Below are positions 14,398 through 34,716 of a stretch of 64,000 nt of DNA, one piece after another (within the stretch, counting starts at the first letter, position 1; the number at the start of each line of letters is the position of its first letter). The position numbers and the translations under genes are program-made. The stretch is from assembly GCF_009914755.1 (NCBI RefSeq), contig NC_060935.1. One strand, given 5' to 3'. Source of the stretch: the human T2T-CHM13v2.0 reference genome, Homo sapiens. Below the pieces are notes generated by a model. It saw nothing but the letters and a program-made list of their open reading frames with translations. It had not been told where the DNA came from and ran no database searches.

Positions 14398-14688
14398 TTT
14401 TTTAAGAGACAGGGTCTCACTGTTGCCCAAGCTGGAATGCGGTGGTATGACAATAGCTCACTGCAGCCTCGAACTGCTGGGCTCAAGTGATCCTCCTACT
14501 GTAGCCTTCCCAGTAGCTAGGACTACAGGTGCATGCCACCATGCCTGGCTAATTTTTTAAAATTTTTTGTAGAGACAGCTGTCTCACTATGTTGCCTAGG
14601 CTGGTCTTGAACTTCTGGCTTCAAGTGATCCTCCTGCCTCAGCCTCCCAAAATGCTGGGATTACAGGTGCGAGCCACTGTGCCTGACC
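14398..14688 (-). mobile_element. Alu (AluJ-type)
   Basis: Dimer. Confidence 0.9.
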
Positions 14689-15573
14689 TCTAGTATTCAT
14701 TTTAAAACAATGAAATGTTTTTATTTTTGTTTTTTAAAAGAGTGAACCAACAAGCTCTTTCTTAGAAATCACATATGCAAGTCATTTAATTGCTGAAGCA
14801 GAAAAGAGAGAACTATTCACTACATTCTATTTTCTCAAAGCAGTTATTCAAGTAATCCAGTTTTTATAAGATTTTGTCAGTATTTTATCAAACAACAGAT
14901 AAACATGGTATTTGCCAACTCAGATTTAGACTGCAGTCCCAGAATTAAACACTGCTATCTTCCCTTTAGGATTTCAGTTGCTTATAAGTTAAAAATTGTC
15001 TAAAAGCAGAACTTTCTAGTGTTTTCAAATGAATTTTCATGATTTGCCAACTTATTAAAAATTTTCAGAGTATAGCTCTCTGTAAACTTGATGGCATTCC
15101 AGATACTACTTGACCAAATCATTTTTGGAAGCTTTAAAGAGACAGAGCTTTTAAAAATAGTATTTTAAAAATCCAGATCTTTTAGGATACATAATCTTGG
15201 TTTATAAACACAGTCAATTACCTAGATTTTAACACAACATTTAACATAAACACATATAAGTGTAAAGCTATAGTTGAATTTCAAGTCTGTAAATCTAATT
15301 TGGACTAATTCATTTGCCTTTAACATATCTCTTCTCTAAGGACAAGGACTGTGTGTAATGTATTACTATTTAGGACAGTGGTTTACTTGTAGAATAGAAT
15401 CAATAATGGTAGATAATAGTATTTGCTACTCCATCTTTGGTACCTTAAAAAAAAGCTCCAAACAGCTTTTATCATAGGTACTAGGAACTATATCATCATA
15501 TATTTCATTTAATTCACAAAACAATTCTAGGGGTCAATATTATAAACTCTATCTATCTATCTAGCTAGCTATT

Positions 15574-15835
15574 ATTTATTTGACAGAGTCTCGCTCTGCT
15601 GCCCAGGCTAGAGTGCAGTGGTGCAATAATAGCTCACTGTAACCTTGGATTTCTCCTGAGCAGTTGGGACCAGAAGCATATGCCACCACATCTAATGTTA
15701 AAGTTTTTTGTAGAGATGGGGTCTTGCTATGCTGCCTGGTTGGTATCAAACTCCTGGCCTCAAACGATCCTTCCGCCCTCCTGCCCTGGCCTCCCAAAAT
15801 GCTGGAATTAGAGGTGTCAGCCACCATCCCTAGCC
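15574..15835 (-). mobile_element. Alu (AluJ-type) with an adjacent (CTAT)n tail
   Basis: Diverged dimer. Confidence 0.85.
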
Positions 15836-15888
15836 CCAAAACTCCATTTTATAGATGAGAAAAATGATTTAATCAAGGTCACACCAAC

Positions 15889-16666
<778 letters not shown>

Positions 16667-17161
16667 TTATTTGGGTATTTTCTAGCCATCTTTCTATTAT
16701 GGATTTTTAATATAAGCCTAATTAATCAAGAACTTACTATGTATAATATCAATCCTTTTAAACTTATTGAAACAGGTTTATGGTCCAGTGTATGGTCTTG
16801 TTGAATGTTCTATGTGTACTTTAAAAGAACATATATTCTACTCATATGCAGTGGAGTTCGATGAATGCCAATTAGGTAAAGTTGGTTAATGATGTTGTTC
16901 ATCTTCTATATCCTTACTGATTTTCTATATTCTTGTTCTATCAATTACTGAAAGAGGGATCCTAAAGACTCCTACTACAATTGTAGATTTGTCTAGTTCT
17001 TCTTTCAGTTCTGCCAGTTTTTGCTTTATGTATGTTGTAGCATTATTATTATATATACGTCCAGGATTTTAATATATTCATGATGAAATGTCTTTAAAAA
17101 ATCATTATGCATTATCCTTTTTAATATTCCTTGTCCTAAAATGTATTTTGTCTAACAGTAA

Positions 17162-17398
<237 letters not shown>

Positions 17399-17923
17399 TA
17401 ATGATTAGTGTTTGTTCTCCTGTGATAAGCAACAGCTAAAATTTCTCCTGGATTTTTTTGCCTTTCAGTTATTGTTTCCTGCCAAGCTCCTTAGAGTCTC
17501 TGTTCCAAAGGACATCCACCTTCAGGCCAGTAAGATGGAGGTTCTGCTTAAATTCTGGTTGTGCTGCTCCTTACAGATGCAGGGCTATATAATGGAAATA
17601 TCACTAAGTATAGTCTTGTTCTTTCAAGGAGAAATTCCTCTCCAGGTTTTACATGCTTTGGGTCATTTTCCAGCTCTATTAAATAATTTTTGTTTTAATA
17701 TTTTTACCCCAGATTAATATTGTCATCTAAAATAGTCTTATATAAGCTAGTAACCTATTACAAGAAGCAGAAAGTCTCTTAGAGATATATTTATTCTACA
17801 TTCAAAGAGAATTATAAAGAAATCTAAAACTTTCAATAGTTTACTATTAATAGCAATATTTATGTTGTAGTTCTGAAAGTGCTTAATATATACTGCAGTT
17901 ATTATTCTATAATATACAAAGCA

Positions 17924-18242
<319 letters not shown>

Positions 18243-18329
18243 TTAGGAATAAAACTTTTTGGTGTAAGGCAAAAAGAACATAAATAAATGTAAAATCAAA
18301 GAAATCAAATAAGTTCAATAAAATCCCTC

Positions 18330-18495
18330 TGGCTGGGCATAGTGGCATGCAGTTGTAGTCACAACTATTTTGGAGGCTGAGGCAGGAGGATCATTTGAGT
18401 CCAGGAGTTCAAGGCTATAGTACACTATGATTGTGCCTGTGAATAGTCACTGCATTCTAGCCTGGGAAATATATTGAGACCCTGTCTCTAAAAAT
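18330..18495 (+). mobile_element. FAM/FLAM Alu monomer
   Basis: Monomer with cctgtgaatagtcactgc; TSD-like taaaatccctct. Confidence 0.85.
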
Positions 18496-18968
18496 AAGTA
18501 AAATCCCTCTAATTGTCCATGTTAATTGGAAATATCAACATGAACTCATGACTTAAAAAAAGTTATCCCTAGCTCTAACAACAAAGAAAAGATAAAAAAG
18601 AAAATGACACTTAGAACAATAAGCACCTTCACAGCCCAGGCCTTAGTGTCTAAATACCATTTTCTATTAAGAGAATCAGAGCTTCTTGGAGAAACAGCTA
18701 ATTCTAAGTCTGGGCAGGAAAAATATAAGGTGAACACTGTGATAGCTTGTTGTACTAGGAAGAAAGTATTCAAGGACTAACGGGGGTAATGTCAAAAGTA
18801 CACAGAAGTCAGTTGAATGGACTCCCAGTTTTAGATAATATGGAACTTAAAATGACAACTGGAATTGATAATATACTAAATAGATAAAAATCTATAATAA
18901 GTTGAAATGATGTCAGGTGGAACTCCAGGAGGAGAGGCAAACAATAACTACTAAGAAAAGAATATCTA

Positions 18969-19342
<374 letters not shown>

Positions 19343-20061
19343 GATATTACAACTCTATCCAGCCAGAGTTGAGAGAACTTGGTGTATACCCACGGCATTA
19401 GTATAGGGCTAATTTCTAATTTATCTCTACATTAACCCAAACAAAGCTTAAAAGCAAGCTTCGAAATGATCAAACTGATCTGCAAGTAACTGACCTGGCA
19501 GCCAAAACAAAACTCAATAGTCTTTATAAGAAGAAAATAGAATCTAGAAACTTAATAACCAAACAGTCACTATGTCTAGATTCAGTAAAAACTTAGTAGG
19601 TATTTGAAAAGCAGAAAAACATGAGCCAAGACAAAAATCAGTCAATAAAAAGAATGAAATGACAGAGATGATGGAATGAGTAGACAAGAACTTTAAAATT
19701 GCTGTTATAAATATACTTAGAGGTTTAAAGAAAAACATGAAGATAAATAGGAATGAACTAGAAGATAAAAGAAGAACCACATAGAACTTATAGAGCTAAA
19801 AATATAACATTTGAAATAAAAATTCACAAGATGGCCTTAACAGTAGTTTATACACTATAGAGGAAATATCCATAGGTTTTAATAGACACTAATAATAACT
19901 CATCAAACTGAGACTGAGATAAAAAATAAGGCCAGATAAAAATGTGTGGAATGAGCTTTGCATATGACATGTAGGATAATATCAAGTGATTTAATATTCA
20001 TGTAATTGAAATCATAGAAGAGGACAGAAAACATATATCAAGGCATAATGGGCCAGGCTCA

Positions 20062-20196
<135 letters not shown>

Positions 20197-20219
20197 TCAA
20201 AAAAAAAAAAAAAAAAAAA

Positions 20220-22890
<2,671 letters not shown>

Positions 22891-23769
22891 GAAGCCAAAA
22901 AAGGAAACAGAGTGTCTAAATAAATAGAGAGACACATCATGTTCATGAATTAGAAGACTCAATATTGTTGAGAAGTCAATTCTCCTCAAATTATTTGTGG
23001 ATTCAATGCAATCCCAATCAAAATGCCCGCAGTCTTTTTTTGTAGAAGCTGATGGCAATGAGAATAGTCCAAATAATTCTAAAACAAGAATAGTGTTGGA
23101 GGAATTATACTATCTGATTTCAAGACTTACAATGTCATTAAGACTGTGATACTGGCATAAGTACAGACATATAGACCAATGGAACTGAATAAAATTGAAA
23201 ATATTCATACACATATGATTAGTTGTTTTCAATACGGGTGCAAAGGTAATGGGAAAAGCATACTCTTTAAAATATGATGGTGGAACAACTGGCTATCTGT
23301 ATAGGAAAAAACAAAACAAAACAACAACAAAAAAACCAAACATGACCCTTAACTCATACCAGACCTCAACAATTTAACTAGAAATGTTTAGGACCATAGT
23401 CCACAAAGAAAAGCTTGAACTATAACACTTCTAGAAGAAAACATGAGAGGACATATCACAACCTTGATCAGGCAAAAATTTCTTAGAACACAACACTAAT
23501 CATAAAGGACAAAATTCATAAATTAATCTCATCAAAATTAAAAGTTTCCAATCTAGAAAATGAAAAGGTAAGCCAAAGACTGGAGAAAATATTTGCAGTA
23601 CATGTACCTAAAAAATGACTAGTATCCAGAAAACATAAATTGTTATAACTCAGTAATAAGACCAATCTAAATTTGGGCAAAAGATATTAACAAATACTTT
23701 ACTAAGGGGGATATATGAAGGGCTAAAAACTTATAAAAAGATGCTCAGCATAGTTAGTTAATGTCACTA

Positions 23770-24252
<483 letters not shown>

Positions 24253-24677
24253 TTATCATGGAAAGATCTGGTAGCACACCACCTTATTAAGAGACCACTC
24301 TTAGTATCATTAATAGCAGGACAACTTGATATTATGATTCTTTATGTGATGAAAAACATCACATCATCTACGAACTATTTCTGCCTAAAACACTAACCTG
24401 CCTCTAATCAGGCCTTAAGACCTAACTTCCATTTTATACAACACAGTTAATGGGTCAATCTAACAAACACATAAAGCCAGTATTGCAAAATATAATAGTT
24501 GAATCTAGATGTTAGGAAATACATGTTTATTCTTCATATTTTCTGTATGTTTGAAAATTTTCAGTAAAAAAATAAAAGTGATTAGTCAAGAGGTCTGCTA
24601 ACATAGCATGAATACAGTGAAACCTCACAGTAACAGGCCCAGAGGTAATATAAATTTGGAAATAATGTGATTAGAAA

Positions 24678-24832
24678 TATATATATATCTGTGTGTATGT
24701 TATATATATCATATATATAATCATACATAGTTTATATATAAGATCATATATATAGTTTATATATATGATGATATATATAAAAGATCATATATATATATAT
24801 AAAAGATCATATATATACACACACATACATAT
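24678..24832. repeat. (TA)n-rich microsatellite with recurring aagatcatatatata units
   Basis: Direct reading; sits at the tail of Alu 24833-25096 (-). Confidence 0.9.
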
Positions 24833-25731
24833 AGTCTTGCTCTGTTGCCCAAGCTGGAGTACAGTGGTCCAACCATGGCTCACTGCAGACCAACCTTCCA
24901 GGATCAAGCCTCTGCCTCCCAAGTAGCTGAGACTACAGGCACATGTTAGCATACCCAGCTAATTTATTTTCATTTGTAACAGAGACGATGTCTCATCTGT
25001 TGCCCAGGCTGCTCTCAAACTCCTGAGCTCAAGTGATCTTCCCACCTCAGTCTTCCAAAGTGATAGAATTAGAGGCATGAACCACTGCACCTGGCCTAAA
25101 AATTTTGTTTTAATAGCAGGGTCACTCTTGTCATTAACTTTGCAATAATGAGGACTCACATTTTATATAACCAGTGTTCTCTCTTTTGTATAGGTATTCA
25201 TAATAAATAAAGTATCGATAAAAACGAAAAACCACTGCAAATGATATACAGGCAGAAGAAAGGAAAAGGGTATGTGCAGAAACCATTATTGTTAATTCCT
25301 TTGAAGACTCTCATGGTCTAGTCCATCCAAAAATTTTATTATGATAATCCTGTAAGTACTACCCCAATAAATATGCCCTCATATTTGCTGGCTAATTTTA
25401 CTTAGGCTATTTTTTGTATCTGTTAAGTGGAAACCAAGTGAGAGATTATTTTATGCTAACAGTAAAATTAATTAAATGCTACAGATATTCAAAACTGAGA
25501 AAACGGATCTGCTACAATGGTTTTAGCATACTATATTCAACATTTTTGATAAGAAAACTATTTTTGAGAATGTAGACTTAAATACTTGCATTAGAAGAGG
25601 TGAGACATCGTGGTATGAGAATTTCACTTCATATTTTTAGTTTGAAACTAACAAACACAGTCTAGTTTGGCATACTATGGAAATAATAGGTCATCTGGCC
25701 TAAATGAAGACTCTGTGTGCCTGATACCTAC

Positions 25732-25803
25732 TACTGCTACTACTGGGGATGGCGGGAGGTTTCGTGGAGTTAGGGTACCAGTCGGTGATACCATGCATGG
25801 GGT
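25732..25803 (-). other. Candidate cryptic exon (72 nt in frame, or 76 nt frameshifting), TPCMVSPTGTLTPRNLPPSPVVAV
   Basis: Acceptor tattttccatttccag|ACC; donors GTA|gtaggt or TAG|gtatca; not recognisably repeat-derived; 3 CpGs retained. Confidence 0.35.
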
Positions 25804-27673
25804 CTGGAAATGGAAAATACATGAAATACCCCTCAGAAAACCTCTGAGACTTGTCTTAAAATAATTACTCCTGTTCCACCAAGGCTCTGAAAAACTGGCT
25901 TCATCTAGAGTGCGGAGAAACAAACAACAGGAATAACTCTTCTACCACAGGCCAGTGTTTCTTAGAGTAGATGAGGGCTTGCCAACACTACTTGGCCAGC
26001 ACCCTAAGATAGTGGTTTAGACATGACCCTGAATTCAAAGAGAAAAATGACTATTCATTGTACACCCTGCCCTCCTCACTATGGTGGCTGTCAATTAGAC
26101 TGTGAACAGGAATGAAGTGGAGGTGGGGTTACTGGGGTTTCTCCAGCCCAGGCAGATGGCAAGCCTGTTCTGATTCAGATCACTTCCATGGGGCTGTACC
26201 AAAAACATGCTCATATTCTCTATGCTTGCCTACGCTGCCTCTCCCTTCACCCCACAACCAGTGAAGCACTTCCTCAAAACCTCTGGAGTTCTAAGGGGGT
26301 GTTAGAAAACCATTAGTTTAGTTTAAACCTAAACCAGTGCAGGGATTCCTTGTATTGGGTCCCTGAAAGATGCTTGCCCAGAATCTTCTTACATACTTAT
26401 AGGGCTGCACTATGTCTCAGGAGTGCTTATTCTGTCTTTGGGAAGATCTGACTATTAGAAAGTATTTCCCAATACTGAACTCACATCTCCTTCTTTCCTA
26501 CCTTCATCTTTTGGTTCAAATTCTACCTCCTGAAGTTGCATGGCATAAGTCTGTGCTATCCCCTTTTCTCTGACTAATCAAATACTATTCATCTGCCAGC
26601 ATTCATCTTAAGTCTTCTTCTGTGTTACACCCGCAACAATCCCTCCCAGAGTGATTTCTGTGGCCTCTGGGTTCTTCAACTATACTTAATGCACCACTCC
26701 TCGGCAGTTATGCTTTACCATCTTAGTGATTTTTGGCATTCTTTATGCCTTTCTAACAAGAACCTAATCTTTTAATGGCTGGATGGTGTCAGTCTTTTAT
26801 AAATGTCTACCTCCATACCCCTTCACCACATTGCTGCTGAGTAGATAAAAGTGTGTGCACAGGTCCTCCATAAACTGGCCCTAACCACAACAAGTTTACT
26901 TACTTTCTACCACATTTCCTCACAAAAATCCTCCACTCTAATCATATCCAGCTACCAAATTATACTCTGTGTCTTCCTCCTTTGCTAATACTTTCTTGTT
27001 TCCTATCCCAACCTCTCCCTATCTAGAGCAGGGAGTATTAGCCTCAGGCATAAGAACTCTAAACACTACACAAAATGTACATTTTTGTGTGTGGGAGAGA
27101 ATGTTTCACAGCTTTCATACAACCCTCAAAGGTCCCATGACTCCACAAAAAATTAAAATCCACTATTATAAATTTTTTCCCATCTCTGCTTAGCCAAATC
27201 TTCCCTATTCTTAAAAGCCCAGCTCATGCCCCTGGATCCAGGGAACCTTCCATATGGGGGAGATTTCCTAAGCTCTGAAAATATATATATATATATGAAT
27301 ATATGTCTCCATAGATATTGATATATAAGGAGATATATATATATATCTAAATTGATATATATACATCATTTTTTCTACCATTAATCTCTGTGGTTTATTA
27401 TGTACCTTTTAGAAACTTTAAAATTAGTATCTTCATTGTGACTTAAATCTTTTGTATTTAATGTTTCATGACTGTAAACTTTACAGCATCTTTTTGTTAT
27501 ATGTACTGCCTTCCACAGAGCAGGTACTCAACAAATACTACTGTGGACACGAATGAAGACGGTGAATCACCTTCATCTCAGTGTGTGTAGAAACTCAGTT
27601 TTAAAGATGTATATCACAGCTGTGACAGTGTCATTAGACCTGGGCAAAATGCCACAATTAGCTGCCACCTTAC

Positions 27674-27778
27674 CTCTGCTTTACGAATATTTTCTCTAGC
27701 TTCATCTATTTTCTGTTCTAGCTCTGCTCGGCTTTGTTCTGATACAGCAGCTCCATGACACTCCAGATCATTTAGAAC
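27674..27778 (-). CDS. FCHSD2: FCHSD2 coding exon, 105 nt, VLNDLECHGAAVSEQSRAELEQKIDEARENIRKAE (coiled coil)
   Basis: Acceptor ttttctttaatag|GTT, donor GAG|gtaagg, phase 0-0. Confidence 0.96.
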
Positions 27779-28807
27779 CTATTAAAGAAAATGGGACAAT
27801 AATGATGACTGTTTTTTACTTTTCATCTTCCTTAAGTGATTAAAGTATTTACATAATTCAAAAGGCTTTAGTGACTAGTAGCCATAATTTTTTTTCATTT
27901 ATTTATTTTTTGAACATTTTGAAATAATTATAGACTTACTAGTAACAAACTTACTACAGACAGTCCCTTCAGTGGGGAAGCCAGGACCAGCCACTATCTG
28001 ATTGCCGCCACATGAGAGACCCCAAGGGAAACTGCTAAGCTGAGACCATCCAATACTCAGATTAGTGAGAGATAATGTAAAAACCCTCTTGTTCTATGGC
28101 ATTAAGTTTGAGGTGGTTTGTTAAGCAACATTACATAAGTGGAACACTGAATTTGAGACACCTGTGAGATAGTGAAAAGAAGATGTCAAAACAGGCAAGA
28201 GATTATATGGATACACAGTAGTAGCAAGGCCCAATGTTGAAGATGTTAATTTATGATTTGGTGGTAAAGTAAAACCATGGAAGTGACTGAGAATGCCTAT
28301 ATGAGGGTAAAGAATAAGAAAACAAGATAGCCAAGTATAGGAATCTGAGAAACTGAATATTTCATTGTGGGATGGAGAAAGAGGAACCCATGAAAAAATC
28401 TAGGTATGGCCAGAAAGGCAGAAGGAAAGCCAGGACAATGTTGAATCGTGGATGACTAGAGAAGATAACATTTTAAGACATGGAATTGTTAATTGTGATG
28501 AAATTGTTGACAGATTAAGAAAAATGAGAAATCAAAGTGTCCACTTGGAAGCTAGCAACACAGACATCATTGGCGATTTTGGTAAGCTTAGACAGGGGAA
28601 GGAAAGGACAGGAAAGCTCAAATGTAATGGGCTAAAAAGTAAGTGGGAGGTGAGATTCTATAGATAATAAGCATAGGCAATTCTTTTAAGAAGCAGGATG
28701 TGAAGGCAAAGAATGAGACGGATATAGGTATCAATAAATGAAACAGAAAAAAAGTACTATACTCCAAATAATTTCTTTGTGCTTAGAGTTTAGTCTTCGA
28801 GATATAT

Positions 28808-29125
28808 TTTCTTTCTTTCTTTCTTTCTTTTTTTTTTTTGGAGACAGGGTCTTTCTCTGTCACCCAGTCTGGAGTGCAGAGGCATGATCTTACCTCAATG
28901 TAACCTCCACCTCCTGGGCTCAAGCAATTCTCCCCAACCTTAGCCTCCCGAATAGGTGGGAAGATAGGTGTGCGCCCCCATGCCCGACTAATTTTTGAAT
29001 TTTTTGTAGACACCGGGTTTTTTGCCATGTTGCTCAGGCTGGTCTCAAACTCCTGGTTCAAGCAATCCACTTGCCTCAGCCTCCCAAAGTTCTGGGATTA
29101 CAGGCGTGAGCCACTGCGCCCAGCC
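28808..29125 (-). mobile_element. Alu
   Basis: Dimer. Confidence 0.9.
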
Positions 29126-29160
29126 AAACATATATTTTCATGAAATCTATAATTGTGTCT

Positions 29161-29463
<303 letters not shown>

Positions 29464-29692
29464 TATAATTATGTCTTTTAAAAAATATGTCTTGAGGGAT
29501 GAAAACTTATATTAATTCAACATATGTCTCTTCCCCTGCCCATAATACACTATCACAATTTTCTTTGTTAATTTTATGGTAAACAGGTAAATTAATGTAT
29601 TGCTGATGGAGGGCTTAAGGAAATTCCAACATGAGTAGATAGCTGACAGCACACTGCTGAGTGTTGAGAAAGTACAGAAAAAACACATATAA

Positions 29693-29955
<263 letters not shown>

Positions 29956-30032
29956 TTAATAAAACTCAGTTCCTTAAACTGTTTGACATTTGGCTTAAGG
30001 TGAATGTAACTAGGACTTTCTCTTACACTTAC

Positions 30033-30149
30033 CCGTTGTTGGTGAACAATGTTTTTATGCTCACGTGCCACACGTGTGGCCCATTTTCGAGCTTCCTTAT
30101 TTAGACTGTGCTCCTCTGTGGTCCCAGTTTCTGATTCTAACTGTCGGCT
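30033..30149 (-). CDS. FCHSD2: FCHSD2 coding exon, 117 nt, SRQLESETGTTEEHSLNKEARKWATRVAREHKNIVHQQR
   Basis: Acceptor cttgtattgtag|AGC, donor CGG|gtaagt, phase 0-0. Confidence 0.96.
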
Positions 30150-31182
30150 CTACAATACAAGAGAGAACAGAGATAAAAATATTGCTATCCTTATTGTAAC
30201 CACTACTGCTTTGTAGATGGATCAGAAGGCCTTCACTTAATCAGCACTCAAAACATGAGGCACGCTCCACTACTGCTGGAAGCAATGTCTTAACGTCACA
30301 GAAAGTTACCAGAAGAGTAAGATCAGCATAAAACCATTAAAGACCATAAGCTTTTTGTCTTACACTGCTGAACACAAAAGCATCATCTATAATACTGCAG
30401 ACTTATCTTTTTGGGTGTGATGGACTTATCTTTCCGAGTGGGAAGGAAGCTAGCTAAGGTAAGCAAAGAAGAAAATGTATTCATGCCAACCTACTATGGT
30501 GATAAAATCATTGCATAAATAAAAATGGAAACAACTTAATAGTTTAAATGTGAGTAAAGAATCATTAAAGAGAAGTAAGAACAAAACAATATAACAGCAA
30601 CACAATCTTGCACCCCTCCCCCTGCCCCAAGGCAGACGGAACTCTTTAGAGGTCCACCATCAACTTGCCACCAAACCTCAAAAGCCAGCTTTTGCTCTTT
30701 CTCCAGGCTTCATATGAAAGATAAGGGTGCTAGATCAAATGATCACCAAGGGTTTCTTCTAGCTCTAAAATGCTATGATTCTGATTTACAAAGAACAAAC
30801 CACAAAATCTAAATAAAAATAGTAATAGCTAACTTCTATTGTGCAAGGTACTATGGAAAGTGCTTCATATAACTTTTTTTTTTTTTAACAACCTGATGAT
30901 GTGGGTCCCACATCATTTTATAGAAAAGAAAACAGAGGCTCAGAGAGGTTAATTTTTCCTGGATGTCCTAGATGTTAAATGTTACAACCTTAATTGACCG
31001 ATTCCAGAATCAGAGCTATTAAACACAAAACTATTTTAATTCTCTCTAAATTCTTAAAGACCCAAGAAAAACAAACTTTATTGAGATAATTAGGAATTTT
31101 TTTTAAAATATAAATTACCCAAAGAGGCTTTTAATATAGAAAGCAGCAAAATTGTAGAATGAAAAGAATTTTAGAAATTCTG

Positions 31183-31432
31183 ATCACGGCTCACTGCAGC
31201 CTCAACCTCCGGGCTCAAGTGACTCTCCCACTTCAGCCTCCTGAGTAGCTGGAACTACAGGTGTGTGTCACCATACTCAGCTCATTTTTTTTTTTCCTTC
31301 TAGAGATAAGGTCTCACTATGTTGCCCAGGCAACATAGGAGTTCAACATCTTGAACTCCTTGGCTCAAGTAATCCTCCCACCCTGGTCTTCCAAAGTGTT
31401 CAAATTACAGGGATGAGCCAGTACACCTGGCC
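31183..31432 (-). mobile_element. Alu (AluJ-type), truncated
   Basis: Alu consensus with an internal insertion. Confidence 0.88.
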
Positions 31433-32782
31433 TAGTAATTCTTTTGCAAGGTCTCATAGCTCAAAATTGATAGAGTAAGTAGAAATTGATAAACTGGATT
31501 TTAAAAATTAATATTTTTGTTGGGGGAATTGTGATGAGGCAGGGTTTAAAAATTTTTGTTCTATACAGACATTTCAGCTAGATTATAACAATGACAAATA
31601 AATTGAAATAGAGCAAAATAATCAATATTCAAACTTAACCATCTTTACATTCATATTTTACATTCTAATTCATTTTTGGGGTTATCAGAAGTTTGGGAAT
31701 GAACTTTACTATTATATTTTGCTTTGCAAATGAATCTGGGCATTCAAACTTACATCTGTTCTCAAAGTCAGGAATATTAAAGTGTTAAACTCTGGACACA
31801 GATACAAATGAAATATACAAAAGTCAGAGGAATGTGATCTGTAAAAGTAGAAAGATAAATTCTGAAGAGTCCAAGAATAGGTTTTTGAGTCAGATAGACT
31901 TAGTTTGAATCCATTGTATGCCATTTTATGGCACTACTAGCTTTATGATCTTGGGCATGTTAATTATCTGAGTCGTAGCTACATCTGAAAACTAGTGAAA
32001 ATGTCACCTATCTCCATAGGGTTGGTAGGTTATAATGAGGTCATATTTTAAACATTCTGGTATAGGATCTACATAATATCTTAGGCATCCAGTAATGGTA
32101 ACTGTTAATGTTAAAGACCCAATTGAAAATTACTTGAAACAAAAATTTTCTTATTACTGTTCATAAGAAAATCCAGATAATTCCTAGGTTCTTAATAGCC
32201 TAAACAATGAATCCAAAATGAAGATTGAAGATATATTGAAAGATTAAGGCAGATCTCAAAGAGAATGAATTTGTAGGGAGTAGCTAGATGAGAAAGGAGG
32301 CAACTGATAGAGACATTTAATTTTTGTTACTGAGCAGCATTTTAGGAATAGGTAAAGGGGTTTAAATTGTGTGCTGGCTGCAGATGGGCCATAACCCAAT
32401 TTGCCTTACAGAATTTATACCTTCTTATTGAGTATTCACTGTGCTCAGGATAGAGCTTTTCCCTTATTTTTTATGTGTCTACTAAGACTTGGGAGTCCAA
32501 TGATCAGGACAGGTAACTAATGCCACTGATTGGAAGATGTGGCTTTGAGATCCTTTGGGTAGGGAATGACACAAAACTAAAACTCAAATTAATTTATCCT
32601 TTTCATGAATTCTGAAATCAAGCCATGGAATACATGTGGAAGCTCCTGAGACACAGGTCTTGACAACTGAGAATTTCATACAAGGTGAATACAGCCCAGG
32701 CTATTAAACAATACACAGAGAAATGTTCCAATACCACCTTCACTATCAAAGATCAATATAAATCAGGATCTAGTATAGATAA

Positions 32783-33964
<1,182 letters not shown>

Positions 33965-34464
33965 CTCTAGTCCCTTTAGAATAAAATATTACAATAAAGT
34001 CTTTTCAACATTCATAAAGTTATTAAATAACTTTGAAGAACTAAATTAAGGAAATCAGCATTCCAATATTCTTGATATATTAGTCTTTAAGTCATCTTAA
34101 CTATTTTGTCCTTAGATGCTCTCTCAAGATATGATTTTGTTTTATTTTAAGGTTAATACAAAGGCATAGAAGGCTCAGATATCTGAGCAGAGTGAGCAGC
34201 GATAGAAAAGCTGACTTCGCAGAAGAAAACAATCAGTTTTTTAACTCTGTAACTAAAATATAACCATTTCAAGGAGAGAAAAAGAGATGGTCATGTATGA
34301 TGAATGAAAATCACTAACAGTAAAATACTAGCATTCCAAACCATTTCAAAAAAAGATAGTGTTGGGGTTGTTAGGCCAATGGCATAACATTCTAGTTAAC
34401 CCTCATTCAGGGAATTTGTACTACTTACATTTTTCAGTTTACTGAGAGACAAGAAATATACTGG

Positions 34465-34716
34465 GGCTGGGCACAGTAGCTCACACTTACAATCCCAGTG
34501 TTCTGGTAGGCCAAGGCAGAAAAACTGCTTGAGGCCAGGAGTTTGAGACCAGCCTGGGCAACATAGCTAGACCCCAGCTCTTAAAAAAAATTAGCACATA
34601 CCTGTAGTCCTACCTATGGGAGGCTGAGGCAGGAGGATTGTTTGAGCCCAAGAGATCAAGGCTGCCAGGAGCTATGATTGTGCCCTCCAGCCTGGGTGAC
34701 AGAGCTTCTCAAAAAA
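34465..34716 (+). mobile_element. Alu (AluJ-type)
   Basis: Diverged dimer. Confidence 0.85.
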
